DNA of 64,000 nucleotides from Macrostomum lignano (Eukaryota): NCBI GenBank assembly GCA_002269645.1, contig NIVC01000104.1, positions 248,001 to 312,000 of the forward strand, read 5' to 3'. Shown piece by piece: positions 48,112 to 60,574 of this stretch (position 1 is its first letter; each line of letters starts with the position of its first letter). The notes under the pieces were generated by a model. It saw only the letters and a program-made list of their open reading frames with translations, ran no database searches and was not told where the DNA came from. The position numbers and the translations under genes were made by a program.

Positions 48112-51100
48112 ACCTTGGCCAATGGACAATAAAAAAGGGATTGAAAATTATATGGCAGTTGACGAACAATTAATCCTGGATAGTAAATGATAGATATGAA
48201 CTGTTAGATCGAGTGTAATAGTTGAAAAGTCTTCTGTTTGCTTTTTTTCTATAACCACCGAACAGGACGTTACGTGTAACTGACACGCACGCCTCAACTC
48301 TCATGGTTGAATTCTGAACGCGTGGGATCCGCACCACCCATTACATGCCTGACGATTAGAAAGTCAGAGTGCCGCTGTACACTCTGGTGTGAGCGTGTGC
48401 ATGATGTTCGCGGGGAGTCAGCCCGCAGCCAGAACTGGATGGCACACTCACTGTTGTACTGGATGGTTGTCCCTCGCGGGTGTGAATTGCCCAATCTCGA
48501 TGCCAATTTTCCTGTACAAGCCTGGCGCGCGGAATCGAACCCCGAGTACTGTGGTTCGAGAGTCAGACACGTTGATCCCTGATTTAAAATTACCTGCAGG
48601 GTTCAAAGCTAACGCTATAGTATCAAAGAGGACACTGAATTTTTTAATCAGAGCAGGAAGGAACACAATCTTGAAAGCGCTACATTATGCTCGTAAACTA
48701 AAGGGATTGGTTTTGCGCTCTGGTAACATGTCACCTGATTCTTGCTCATACTGTCATACTGATGTCTGTTAACGGCACAGCCGCTGTAATATTGCAGTTC
48801 TGAGGCGACAAATGCATGGGTCAAGTACGTAACTATAAATAGCTTTGGAATTGTGTTGAGCATCCATAAATTTCCTGTGTGCATATGGTCGTACACGGGA
48901 AAGATGGATGAGAGATGGAGCTGGAAGCTGGGAGCTGTTGGCAGCTTGCTTGCTTCCGTTTCTCTGTGTGTTTTTCTTCGATTCGCAGTCATTCATTCAA
49001 TTCCGTCCCAGGAGTTGAGCGATTCGACCATACAGTCAGTAAACATTGCTTTTGGCAGCTCGAAAAAGGGCTCACGCTGAGCAGTGCAAGATGTTGGCTG
49101 TTAAAACATGGACTTCTGGGCATCGGGACTGGGATTAAACCTGCTTCCAACGATATTTTTCATTCAACTGGATTTGCAAATATGCATTTATGCTGAGTAA
49201 ATGTTGCAACTAAAACCCTTCTTGCCGAAACTCTTAACGAAAAATCCTTCTCTTCTTTTTTATATGATAGTTTTTCTAGACCTTAATGTTGAACTTTTAG
49301 TGTTTAATGTAAGGATCATTGAGTCACATAAGCAGCGTCCGCTTCTAATCTAGATTTTCTCAAGCCCCTGTCCAAGACTTCATTCAGGCTGAATCTTGAC
49401 GCATTTTTTCTCAAGAAGTACAAGCAGGCCCATTTCTACTGGCTTCTACGAAAGGTTGCAAGACCAATGCTTTCTTTAATCTGCTCTTGAAGTGGATTTT
49501 AGTGGCGGGCGGACACTGGATGGACTGCCAGAAGCCGCGATGTAAACACCAACCAAGCCGCCTCACATCCACCTATATAATAAAGCAACTTGAGACTGCT
49601 TGAGATGGCAATAAGAGAGGAGCGATGACAAAATCGCGTGTCTCTCTGACAAGGAGAACCCGCTACAGAAGAGTGGCTGCCTCAATGGCCATACTTGAGT
49701 AGCTCGTAGCATTCACTGTCTCCTTAGTGCCAATGACGGATTGCTCATAGCGTGCAAGAAGTGACTGTAGCAGCGCCCTCCTGTAGTATGTAGTGATGGA
49801 ATCTGTGAGGCTCTGTATTGGGATCAGAAGTGCACTTTTAAATCTCGGGATTTCTTCCACAGCCAGCGCTGAGGAAAATTCTGCACATTCCGCAGACTCC
49901 TGAGCACACAGGTGCGCCAACACTGTACCCAGGCACGCACTCGTACGCAGGCTCACGCAGGGTGTACAGGGGACCTGACTTTCTAATCGTACACTCCCTG
50001 CGCCTTGGAGGCTGGCCCTCAGGGTCGTGCGCCGCTGAGCCGATCTGCTCCCCGCGCCAAAAAAGTGTCAGTTCGCTTTAAAGCATGCTTCGTGCTATTT
50101 TTTTGCGGTTCTTCGTACCCGTAAAAAATTACAGACTGTATACTGTTACAGATTTAGATTGAAGCCAGGCAAGCATCGAGCCCAAACCGGAGCTGCAAGC
50201 ACGTGTATTGCTTAGTGAATCCGAGAGCACCTGTAGATGACTGAACGTTGAATCCTATGCAGAGACAGAAAGACAGGGGATGAGATTGAGATGAAATGGC
50301 TCACTCAAGTCTCTGCCACCTGAGAGCTCCCTTTCTCGCCTTCGTTAATAATCTCCCAAGATCAGTTAACCTGCGGGTACATTCACCTGCGTCCTTATGG
50401 CAATCGGGCAAGAGAAAATGAGGGCGATGTAAAGCGAGGCAGAGGAAAGATCACGTGGTGATACTGCAGATAGCAATTGAGCACTCCAAATTAGAGTGAA
50501 TTCAGGCAGGCTCGCATTTAGTTGCATTCGATTCATTACGGACGGCTTAAATTATTTAATATAAATAAACAAAATGTGTTTTTTGTATAACCGAGAGTCG
50601 CATTTAAGCTGTTAAACCTTTCTCCAAGCGCATGTCGACCAAGGACCACTGTCCTTGATGTCGACTCGAGCTGCAACGAACCACCGCAGGAATTCAAGAT
50701 TGAAAGGAACACGGGTTATATAGCTTTTCGAAGTAAAGCTAGTCCCGTATTACATGTAAATGCAGATTGCATGTCAGGAATTCACTCCAGCTCGCCAGTT
50801 TAACTGTATATTTTCGACTCAATCGAATGTCAATACGCTCAAATGTACGAGTATTTTCTTATGTCAGACATATGCGCTTTGGTTAAACACTAGAAAGAAG
50901 TGCATTATGAGCTACATGTAAGAGCATATTCTTGTGAAGATAAAAATCCCAGTGGGAGTCCCATTTGAAGATTGCAGATGTGGCTGGAAACACACAATAG
51001 GTTAATACAGTAGACACCAATTATATTCATAAGCAATTTGGCTCAAGAAGCTCCAGCTTGACACGGGGTTGACGTCATGATGTTGAAGACAATTCCATGT

Positions 51101-51162
51101 CAATCTGAACCTGGTTCAAGCCTTCAGTCTCTTTGAGTGAAGTATTATACATGGAAGCTGCT

Positions 51163-51804
51163 TCAGAAGCACTGCTTCATGGCATTCACAATGGCCGCGT
51201 GCTCACTGAATCTGGACAGGGCCGAGTCGCACTGCTGCTGGTCCAGCTCTAGGCAGACCGCGTTGCGTCGATTCGAGCTCGGAGACCGCTTGAAGGCCTC
51301 GTGCACACTGTCGACTCGTTTTTGCGGTTTTTTTGCGGCAACGACGCCAAGACTTGACGCGTCCTCCAGGTTGTTCAGCGACCGAATCCGTCTGCGGTCG
51401 AACGGCAACGAGTTGCTAGAACTGCACTGATGGTTGTCCACGCCTCCCAGAGGCCAGGAGGCGTCGAATGCGGTCCACGTCACCTCGAACTCTTCACCGT
51501 CGGAGTCGACCCGCAACTCGCTGACGACAATCTGATTCGGGACTGGGATCGGCTGCGGCCGAGGCTGCGACTGCAGCTTCACGGGCGACGCCGTGGTGGA
51601 GCTGGAGCGAGATGATTTCTTAGAAAACAGACGCGGCCGCCGTTGAGCCAACAAGCCGACCAGCGACGAGGCGGCGCCACCGAACGAGCGGCTTCGCTGC
51701 TGTTGCGCCTGACGTTTCTGCGTCAAATCGTTGGGTTGATCGTCTTTAGCGCTATTCATTTCGCTATCCACCATTGACTTCTCCATTTGGTGAATAGCAG
51801 CCAC
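51163..51804 (-). CDS. Uncharacterised 213-aa Ser/Arg-rich, probably disordered protein
   Basis: GC-rich non-repetitive ORF in AT-rich flanks; TTCTCACAG acceptor about 40 nt upstream of the ATG; motifs RSRSF, RRIRSL, RRNAV. Confidence 0.6.
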   Translation of the reverse strand: MAAIHQMEKSMVDSEMNSAKDDQPNDLTQKRQAQQQRSRSFGGAASSLVGLLAQRRPRLFSKKSSRSSSTTASPVKLQSQPRPQPIPVPNQIVVSELRVDSDGEEFEVTWTAFDASWPLGGVDNHQCSSSNSLPFDRRRIRSLNNLEDASSLGVVAAKKPQKRVDSVHEAFKRSPSSNRRNAVCLELDQQQCDSALSRFSEHAAIVNAMKQCF

Positions 51805-52265
51805 TTGCTTAATTATTTTATTGATTGGAAATTTCTTGCTTAACCTGTGAGAACAGAATCTTTTCTTGTCTATTGAACAGAAGGCGTCTCTCTGGATTTG
51901 TCAGAAACAGCTGGGCAGTCCTTGTAGTCTGCCTCCCAATGTCTAAGGTCTAATTTACTGACTGAATAAGCGTATCAGGGCTCCAGTTAATGGCACTCGC
52001 TAAATCAGCTTTTTCGTTCCCCCCTCTCTCTCTTTATCCTCACTTCCATTTCAGGCCCTTCTTATTCCTTCCTCGTCTCTGCCTCCCCCATCGCTGGCAG
52101 GAGAAGCGGATGGATGCTGCAGGAGAGGACAAGATTGAGGGGTTGAGAAAAACTGAACAACACAATTCTGATGCCAAGTGTTGGGAGAGAGGTTAAATTG
52201 TTTGCGCCAATTCTCAGTCAGTCGTTTGTATACGCTCAACAACACGCTAACGAACCGGTGTGTGT

Positions 52266-52971
52266 TAGGGTTACCGATCTCCCCCGGTTAAGGGTCTCCG
52301 CCCCAGAGATCGCAAGGCACAACATCGCTGCCTAACGGTCTGCGCAGGTATCATTTTTTTTGGTTGAGAAATAAGTCAAGCTTCTTGTTTTGCATCAGTG
52401 TGAACTTTTTCTAATCAAAGAAAGACATGTCTGTATTTTTCAGTCCTTATATATTTCATTGTGTGCACGGAGCTCGGTAGCCGAAGATTCTCAAGCAAAC
52501 CTCTGTTTACTTTTAGAAGCTAGGAGGACCCGAAAGCGCGTTGAAGTTTCCGGGGGTAAAAATCATGGCACTTTGGGTCTCTGAGAGGAGACCTTACGGC
52601 ACTTTGGGTCTCTGAGAGGAGACCTCACGGCACTTTGGGTCTCTGAGAGGAGACCTCACGGCACTTTGGGTCTCTGAGAGGAGACCTCACGGCACTTTGG
52701 GTCTCTGAGAGGAGACCTCATGGCACTTTGGGTCTCTGAGAGGAGATCTCACGGCACTTTGGGTCTCTGAGAGGAGACTTCACGGCACTTTGGGTCTCTG
52801 AGAGGAGACCTCACGGCACTTTGGGTCTCTGAGAGGAGACCTCACGGCACTTTGGGTCTCCGGGGAGACCTCACGGCACTTTGGGTCTCCGGGGGAGACC
52901 TCATAGCACTTTGGGTCCCCGATGGGAGACCTCACGGCACTTTGGGTCTCCGGGGGAGACCGGTAACCCCA
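52266..52971. mobile_element. MITE-like element with 20-bp TIRs enclosing a 31-bp tandem array
   Basis: GGGTTACCGATCTCCCCCGG (52268-52287) versus CCGGGGGAGACCGGTAACCC (52950-52969), 1 mismatch. About 12 copies of GGCACTTTGGGTCTCTGAGAGGAGACCTCAC. No TSD recognised. Confidence 0.6.
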
Positions 52972-53697
52972 TACAGACGGAGGTACCGCTTAAAAAATTA
53001 TTTAAAGTAAATTCAAATGGTCGACAAACAACAACAACAAATGAGGTTTCCTCATGAGGTTTCCTCTCAACAACAACGATTTAGTGTTAAAAGAACGCGT
53101 TGGACAGAGCAAAGAATTCTTCAAGCAGGAATTTTATAGATAAGCTAAATCCCCCATAAATTCCGTTTGATGAATTGAAAAGAGAACTAGCTCATTGTGC
53201 CGAAAATGCTTGAGAGAGATTCGAATTTCTTTTCAATCTGGCCTTTGGTAAAGTGCAAGTGGATTTGAAAACCGTAGAAAATAGTGAAACAGACGGAAGG
53301 CCCTTTCAGCCAGTTCTGGCAGATAAAAGTTAAATTAATACTTAATATAACTCAATAATTACTTCACATTCTGTGCATTTTTCACAACCCATGCAGTGGA
53401 ACTTTCAGGTTAAGCAAAAATGGCTTAGGTTGGTCACTTTAACAATCTAGCAATACGGCTTGTGTCGTTAGCTTTCACACCTGAGATCATCTTGAATTGC
53501 GTGTCAGGCCTTGCGCTCATTATATTAATAAGTGCGTAAGTCAGAATTAAATAAATTCCAAAGCATTCCACTCGGGCTGAACTCAGATGGATTTGCTTTT
53601 TTCCAAGATTTTTCACCAGGAATTGTACCGAATAAAGATACTTGATACCGCTAGTTAAAGGCTCCAAATCTCAGCCAATAGTCAGCTCAAATGTGCC

Positions 53698-54238
<541 letters not shown>

Positions 54239-54834
54239 CGATTGCACGCACTTTGCTCTAACAAAATTTTTTACTACCACACTATGGAACTGCAAGCTTT
54301 AGCGTACATGTGTAGCAATTTTAATTCCAAAAGGACCGAAAGCGATCAAGGAACTTTCGACGGTAAGTATAGTACTAACAGTAGGCACAGTGGAAAATTA
54401 GTTGATGAGCAAAACATTTTCTTGTCTCGTTTTAACAACCTAAAGTGAAGTGTTTTAAAGTGAAGTGCAGTGTTGTAGTTCAATAGTATGCCGACGAGAT
54501 AATTAGACGGCTTGTTAGCCACCAAAGCCGAAACAATAGCCAACCAGTTTTCCATTGTTCATTAAGCATCCATTGTAACTAGCGAGACGTTTTTGCATAG
54601 AGAAGTTCTTTTGACATTCGCCAACTTTTTTGCCAAGACAATGTGCCCGCAATGCCGAAGCAGCAATGTATTTGCCAAGTTTCAAAAAAACTTCAACTTT
54701 ACGTCAGCATCCGTCTCGTCTAGTCAGTTTCATTAGCGACAGCGCTCGTAGCTCTACACACAGTCGAGAGATAGCAGCTTCAAATTTCACCATAGTGGGT
54801 GTATCGTGTAAGTGGCCCGAGAGAGGGTGGGAAT

Positions 54835-55140
54835 GGTAGGATAGGATTTGGAGGATGGGATTTGGAGGGTGGGATTTGGAGGAGGGGATTTTGAGGAGGG
54901 GATTTGGAGGATGGGACTGGGAGGGTGGTATTTGGAGGGTGGAATTGGGAGGGTGGGATTTGGAGGATGGGACTGGGAGGGTGAGATTTGGAGGGTGGGA
55001 TTTGGAGGGTGGGATTTGGAGGATGGGACTGGGAGGGTGAGATTTGGAGGGTGGGATTGGGAGGGTGGGACTGGGAGGGTGGGATTGGGAGGGTGGGATT
55101 TGAATAGTGGGATTGGGCGAAGGTTGGGATTCGGAGGATG
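54835..55140. repeat. 14-bp minisatellite (GGGATTTGGAGGGT)
   Basis: Direct tandem copies. Confidence 0.93.
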
Positions 55141-55172
55141 GGGTTTAGAGGGTTTAGAGGGGTTTAGAGGGC

Positions 55173-58100
55173 TCAGCAAGAGGCCTGAGCAGCAGCCAGC
55201 AGCCGCAGCTCCACCCGGCCCTGCTCGGAGGCCGAGTTGCCGCCATCGGAGCCGCTGCAGCCGACGCCGCCGCAGAACGAGCCGCCGCCGCCTCCAGCGT
55301 GCTTTCCGCCGACGCCGGCGCCTCCGCCGCTGAAGCCGCCGCCGGCGCCAGCAGCTCCGGCCGAGCTGCCGCCGCCGCCACCGCCGCCGAAGCCGCCGAA
55401 GCCACCGTCGCCGCCATCGCCGCCGCTGCCAGCCGCGCCGCCGACAAAGCCGACGCTGCGGTCGCCGCCGGAGTCTCCGTAGCCGGCGTTGAGGCGCTTT
55501 GGCGCCCGGCCCAGCCAGCCGGCGCCGCAGCCGCCGTTAAAGCTGGAGCTGCTCCCCGTGCCGCTGTTGCCGGGCTGACCGCCGCTGCCACCGAGGCCCT
55601 TGTTGTCCGGGTTTTGGCCATAGGAGTCGCCGCCGTTCGCACCAGAGAGTCCAGGACGGCCTTTGGGGGTTGGGTGTTGAAAGTTCTGGGAGCTGCCTAA
55701 CCTCTAATGCGAACCTCAAATCCTGTCCAACTCTTAACCTGTACATTCCTAAGCCTCTATGGGCCAAACCCCATCCAAGGACTACCGAAAGTAGAAGGAC
55801 GGAAACCAGACGTCTTGGAAAAGAGGATGTGAACCTAGGATTCGAAATGGAGGCCAAATATTAACACTACGCCAATCCCTTTTTTGGAACCAAAAAGCTC
55901 CCCCGTTATGCCGAAAATCCGACCACTTTAGCATTTGGAGATCTCTATGGATCTCTTAACTTAAGAATGGAGCCTTCTTAATAGTGAAGTGCTAAGCTCC
56001 TTCACAACCATTTCTCCCCATAGAAATCCCCAAATGCTAAAGTGGTCGGGTTTTCGGCATGACGGGAGATTTTTGGCTCCAAATGAAGGGAGTAGAGTGA
56101 AATTGTGACCGACTCCTTGACGCCACCACCTTGCAGTTCAGCGCCATCATGGCTTTCTGATATTTTTTATGGATGGGTTGTAGCCTAGTGGTGTTAGAGT
56201 TCAAGGACTCTAACTTCACTCACGACTCACGACTTCAAGGTCGGAGGTTCGATTCCTGATCCCACTGGATCAATTTAAGTCCTTGAGCAAGACAGCTAAC
56301 TCTGCATTGCTTCAGTTCACCCAGCTGTAAGATGGGTGCCAGCATTAGCTGGGGTAATTGAGGATGTGTGGCGACCCTACAGTCCTTGGACTGAACAGCC
56401 GTACGCAGCCTTCAGATGCGCCGCGCAATAGCTGCGGCTGAGCTGTCGGTTGCACATCTGCCTATTAGTGCAGGTGTAATCAATGATTACTATTATTACT
56501 ATTATGGAGTAGAATCCCAATTCCCCACCTGCAGCCCATTGTGAAGCGCCTCCGCCGCCTCCAGCAGACAGCAGCAGCTGCTGTTCGCCCTCAGTCCGGT
56601 ACACGAAGCTGCCACCGCCGCCTCCGGCTCCCGCTTCAGCGGAAGTTGGCGGGCCGCCGGCCTGACCGACCACGATGGACAGCCGCGTGCCGGCAGTCAG
56701 GTTGAAGCTTCCGGTCACCAGAGCCCCCCTGCCGCTTGCTTGGCCTTTGAAGCTGTTGGCTCCGCCAGCTGCACCCGCGGCCTCGATGCGGTAGCAGCCG
56801 GTCACGTTGATGACGGCCTGCTGGATGGAGCCGTTCCGACCTGTGCTGGAGGCTGGAAGATGAATTGATGAAGCCGTGATCCCCAGGATTAGCGGACTAA
56901 AATGTGCAGCAACCCCCAGACTCACCGCGGAACTCGAAGGTGCCGTTGGCGAACCGACGCAGTCGCAGCAGTTCGTCAAGATCGTCGCGCACCCACAGCT
57001 TCCAGCCGTGGCCCGCGTGCACCAGCCGGTCAGCGTGAGAACCGGACGGCCCAGGAGCCTTCGAGGTGTCGTTGACCAGCACCAGCTGACAGGCAAACCC
57101 GCCCAGAGACGTCGGCATTGAGGTGCGCGCCGCAGCGCAGCCGTCTTCTGGGGTGCAGGCGTTGAGACACTCGAACTCCGAGCGAAGACCGTCAGCAGTG
57201 GACGCGTTCACCACCTGGCTGCTGACGGAGTCGTTCAGGCGGAGTGATCCAGACCACTCGCTGTAAGAGCGGTCGCTGATCGTCCCGGTGGCCGAGTACG
57301 ACGGCAGCAGAGCTGCTTAAATTCGATTTAATGGGATTGTCGGTATGGGATTGTCGGTATGGGATTGTCGGTATGGGATTGTCGGTATGGGATTGCCGGT
57401 ATGGGATTGTCGGTATGGGATTGTCGGTATGGGATTGTCGGTATGGGATTGTCGGTATGGGATTGCCGGTATGGGATTGTCGGTATGGGATTGTCGGTAT
57501 GGGATTGTCGGTGTGGGATTCTCGGTGTGGGATTGTCGGTATGGGATTGTCGGTATGGGATTGTCGGTGTGGGATTGTCGGTATAGGATTGTCGGTGTGG
57601 GATTGTCGGTATGGGATTCTCGGTGTGGGATTGTCGGTGTGGGATTGTCGGTATGGGATTGTCGGTATAGGATTGTCGGTGTGGGATTGTCGGTATGGGA
57701 TTCTCGGTGTGGGATTGTCGGTATGGGATTGTCGGTGTGGGATTGTCGGTATAGGATTGTCGGTGTGGGATTGTCGGTATGGGATTCTCGGTGTGGGATT
57801 GTCGGTGTGGGATTGTCGGTATGGGATTGTCGGTATAGGATTGTCGGTGTGGGATTGTCGGTATGGGATTCTCGGTATGGGATTGTCGGTATAGGATTCT
57901 CGGTGTGGGATTGTCGGTATGGGATTCTCGGTGTGGGATTGTCGGTATGGGATTCTCGGTGTGGGATTGTCGGTATGGGATTGTCGGTATAGGATTGTCG
58001 GTGTGGGATTGTCGGTATAGGATTGTCGGTATGGGATTGTCGGTATGGGATTGTGGGTATGGGATTGTCGGTATGGGATTGTCGGTGTGGTATATTCGTC

Positions 58101-58342
58101 GGTACGGGATTGTCGGTATGGGATTGTCGATATGGGATTGTCGGTATGGGATTGTCGGTGTGGTATATTCGTCGGTACGGGATTGTCGGTATGGGATTGT
58201 CTGTGTGGTATATTCGTCGGTACGGGATTGTCGGTATGGGATTGTCGGTAAGGGATTTATGGGAAGTTAAAAACCTACCAGCAATGCAGAGCAGTACAAC
58301 CTGCAGACTACTCAGATTTCCTTTGTCAACGTTTCCTTCCAT
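55173..58342 (-). CDS. Secreted PAN/apple + ALK/LTK-type glycine-rich protein, paralogue C (4 exons, about 420 aa)
   Basis: Exons 58342-58279, 57312-56926, 56852-56529, 55660-55173; all phase 1; 1263 nt. Signal-like MEGNVDKGNLSSLQVVLLCIAALLPYSATG; PAN cysteines (FECLNACTPEDGCAAR...FACQL); glycine-rich domain GSIQQAVINVTGCYRIEAAGAAGG...; ends QASC*. Confidence 0.87.
55776..56119. mobile_element. Old CAAGGAC-family MITE with an internal about 75-bp-arm palindrome
   Basis: CAAGGACTACCGAAAGTAGAAGGACGGAAACC matches the 1200 TIR; ends CTCCTTG at 56119; degenerate 8-bp TSD ACCCCATC/ACGCCACC (6/8). Inverted repeat 55876-55950 versus 56018-56092. Confidence 0.6.
56172..56505 (+). mobile_element. Full-length tRNA-derived SINE (CORE-like), antisense in intron 3 of paralogue C
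   Basis: A box TAGCCTAGTGG 56181-56191, B box GGTTCGATTCC at about 56246, central GTCCTTGAGCAAGACA...CACCCAGCTGTAA, ATT-rich tail; paralogous to 7867-8063. Confidence 0.85.
57333..58255. repeat. 14-bp minisatellite (GGGATTGTCGGTAT) filling intron 1 of paralogue C
   Basis: Direct tandem copies. Confidence 0.97.
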
Positions 58343-58654
58343 AGTCGACAATTTCAAATTTCGACCTTGTATTGCTAAACTCTTGCAAAATTAGTACTTT
58401 CGCTGCTTTCTTAACAACAGAATTTTAAACGCAATTTTTGTGGGAATTTTCCGTCTTTTGAGGCAACAGTTAATGTTTAATTTGGATGAGCTCCAAGCCA
58501 ATGAGGCGGCTTTGCCTTCTTTTCTCCCCCAGATTCTCATTTTCTGAGAAACTTCAGACGCCTCGTAACACTGGTGGGTCATGGGGGCATGGAGAAGACT
58601 CGCTCTGTTAATTTGCTAGAGTGTGGGTTGACTTAGATGTGGGCGGTGTGTTTC

Positions 58655-59330
58655 AGAGAGGTTGTGACTCAGAGGGTGTGACTCAGAGGATATGACTCAG
58701 AGGATATGACTCAGAGGGTGTGACTCAGAGGATATGACTCAGAGGATATGACTCAGAGGTTGTGACTCAGAGGATATGACTCAGAGGTTGTGACTCAGAG
58801 GGTGTGACTCAGAGGTTGTGACTCAGAGGGTGTGACTCCGAGGTTGTGACTCAGAGGGTGTGACTCAGAGGTTGTGACTCAGAGGGTGTGACTCAGAGGT
58901 TGTGACTCAGAGGGTGTGACTCAGAGGATATGACTCAGAGGTTGTTACTCAGAGGGTGTGACTCAGAGGTTGTGACTCAGAGGGTGTGACTCAGAGGTTG
59001 TGACTCAGAGGGTGTGACTCAGAGGTTGTGACTCAGAGGGTGTGACTCAGAGGATGTGACTCAGAGGTTGTGACTCAGAGGGTGTGACTCAGAGGATATG
59101 ACTCAGAGGTTGTTACTCAGAGGGTGTGACTCAGAGGTTGTGACTCAGAGGGTGTGACTCCGAGGTTGTGACTCAGAGGGTGTGACTCAGAGGGTGTGAC
59201 TCAGAGGTTGTGACTCAGAGTTTGGGACTCAGATTTTGGGACTCGGAGTTTGGGACTCAGAAGTTAAGACTCAGAGTGTGTGTCTCAGAGGGTGGGACTG
59301 AATGTTTGGGACTCCGAAGGTGGGACTCAG
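58655..59330. repeat. 14-bp minisatellite (GTGACTCAGAGGGT), about 40 AP-1 consensus sites
   Basis: TGACTCA in nearly every unit from about 58665 to 59218. Confidence 0.95.
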
Positions 59331-59684
59331 AGAGCGAGTCTATAATTACGCGAAAAGCCAGCTTTCAAGAATTGCTCAGAAACGAAGTCTCACATCCCGT
59401 CCCGCCATCGAATATTATAAGCCGGCAAAAAATATTGGTCGAAAGAATGGCAGCAGAAGGCTGACTAGATAATTGGAAGGCCTAAAAGCAAGTTATGATG
59501 CCGTTAGAGTAAGCGCCTTTTTCTGCGCTGAAATAAAGGTGCAGAAAAGGCAGCAGAAACATGAATAAAATGGAAATAAGTAATACATAGTAAAAAATCG
59601 TATTTTGTAATAGTTTCGAGGCAAAACTCTCCTTTACTACAACTGTTTACCAGAAAATTTGGAGATGGTAAAACTGGGATTGGA

Positions 59685-60135
59685 TGAGATTAAGAGGATG
59701 GAATTGAGAGGATGGGATCGAGAGGATGGGATCGAGAGGATGGGATTGAGAGGATGGGATTGAGAGGATGGGATTGAGAGGATGGGATCGAGAGGATGGG
59801 ATCGAGAGGATGGGATTGAGAGGATGGGATTGAGAGGATGGGATTGAGAGGATGGGATCGAGAGGATGGGATCGAGAGGATGGGATTGAGAGGATGAGAT
59901 TAAGAGGATGGAATTGAGAGGATGGGATCGAGAGGATGGGATCGAGAGGATGGGATTGAGAGGATGGGATTGAGAGGATGGGATCGAGAGGATGGGATCG
60001 AGAGGATGGGATCGAGAGGATGGGATTGAGAGGATGGGATTTGGAGGATGGGATGAATATAAGGATGAGATTGAAAGGATGAGATTGAAAGGATGGGATT
60101 GAAAGGATGGGATTTGGAGGATGGGATTGAGAGGA
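59685..60135. repeat. 14-bp minisatellite (GGGATTGAGAGGAT)
   Basis: Direct tandem copies. Confidence 0.95.
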
Positions 60136-60574
60136 TAAATAGTGTTATATTTCTAAATTCAGATCAAATCTAAAGTTATGGGACAGAATCCTGAGGAACC
60201 ATTTCAAGGTAGAAATGCTAAGTCGGTCAAGTTTGTTTTCTCAGCATCACAGCTTCATCCTGGTATGTGTGCTCAGTTACCACCTGAAGTTTTTTACATT
60301 CTCGCTGGCACAAATTTTTGCTTAGGCTAGTTTCTGTAATTAATATTTAATTAAGGCAGTGCACCTACCCTGAAGCGGGCCCGTGAGCCTCGGGGGGCAA
60401 GTTTTGGCTCAGGTGCTTGTGATCTTGAGTGCACTGCTGAGGTCCAACTTAACGGCTTTCAGAATGTTTACACCGAGCTTTGGGCTTCAGTTTGCAGCAC
60501 GCCGTGGAATTTCGACCTAGAGGGTCGGGAATCAGGGGATCGGGACTCGCGGGGAGCATGAGTCATGAGAGCAT

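Noticed and set aside
55141-55171. GGGTTTAGA and AACCCTAA (also 19300-19480) as interstitial telomeric repeats
   Set aside because: Only isolated hexamers within longer unrelated units; no (TTAGGG)n run.
60360-60522. Possible plus-strand exon (…CDLECTAEVQLNGFQNVYTELWASVCSTPWNF…, faintly SRCR-like)
   Set aside because: No phase-compatible neighbouring exons could be linked; similarity too weak.
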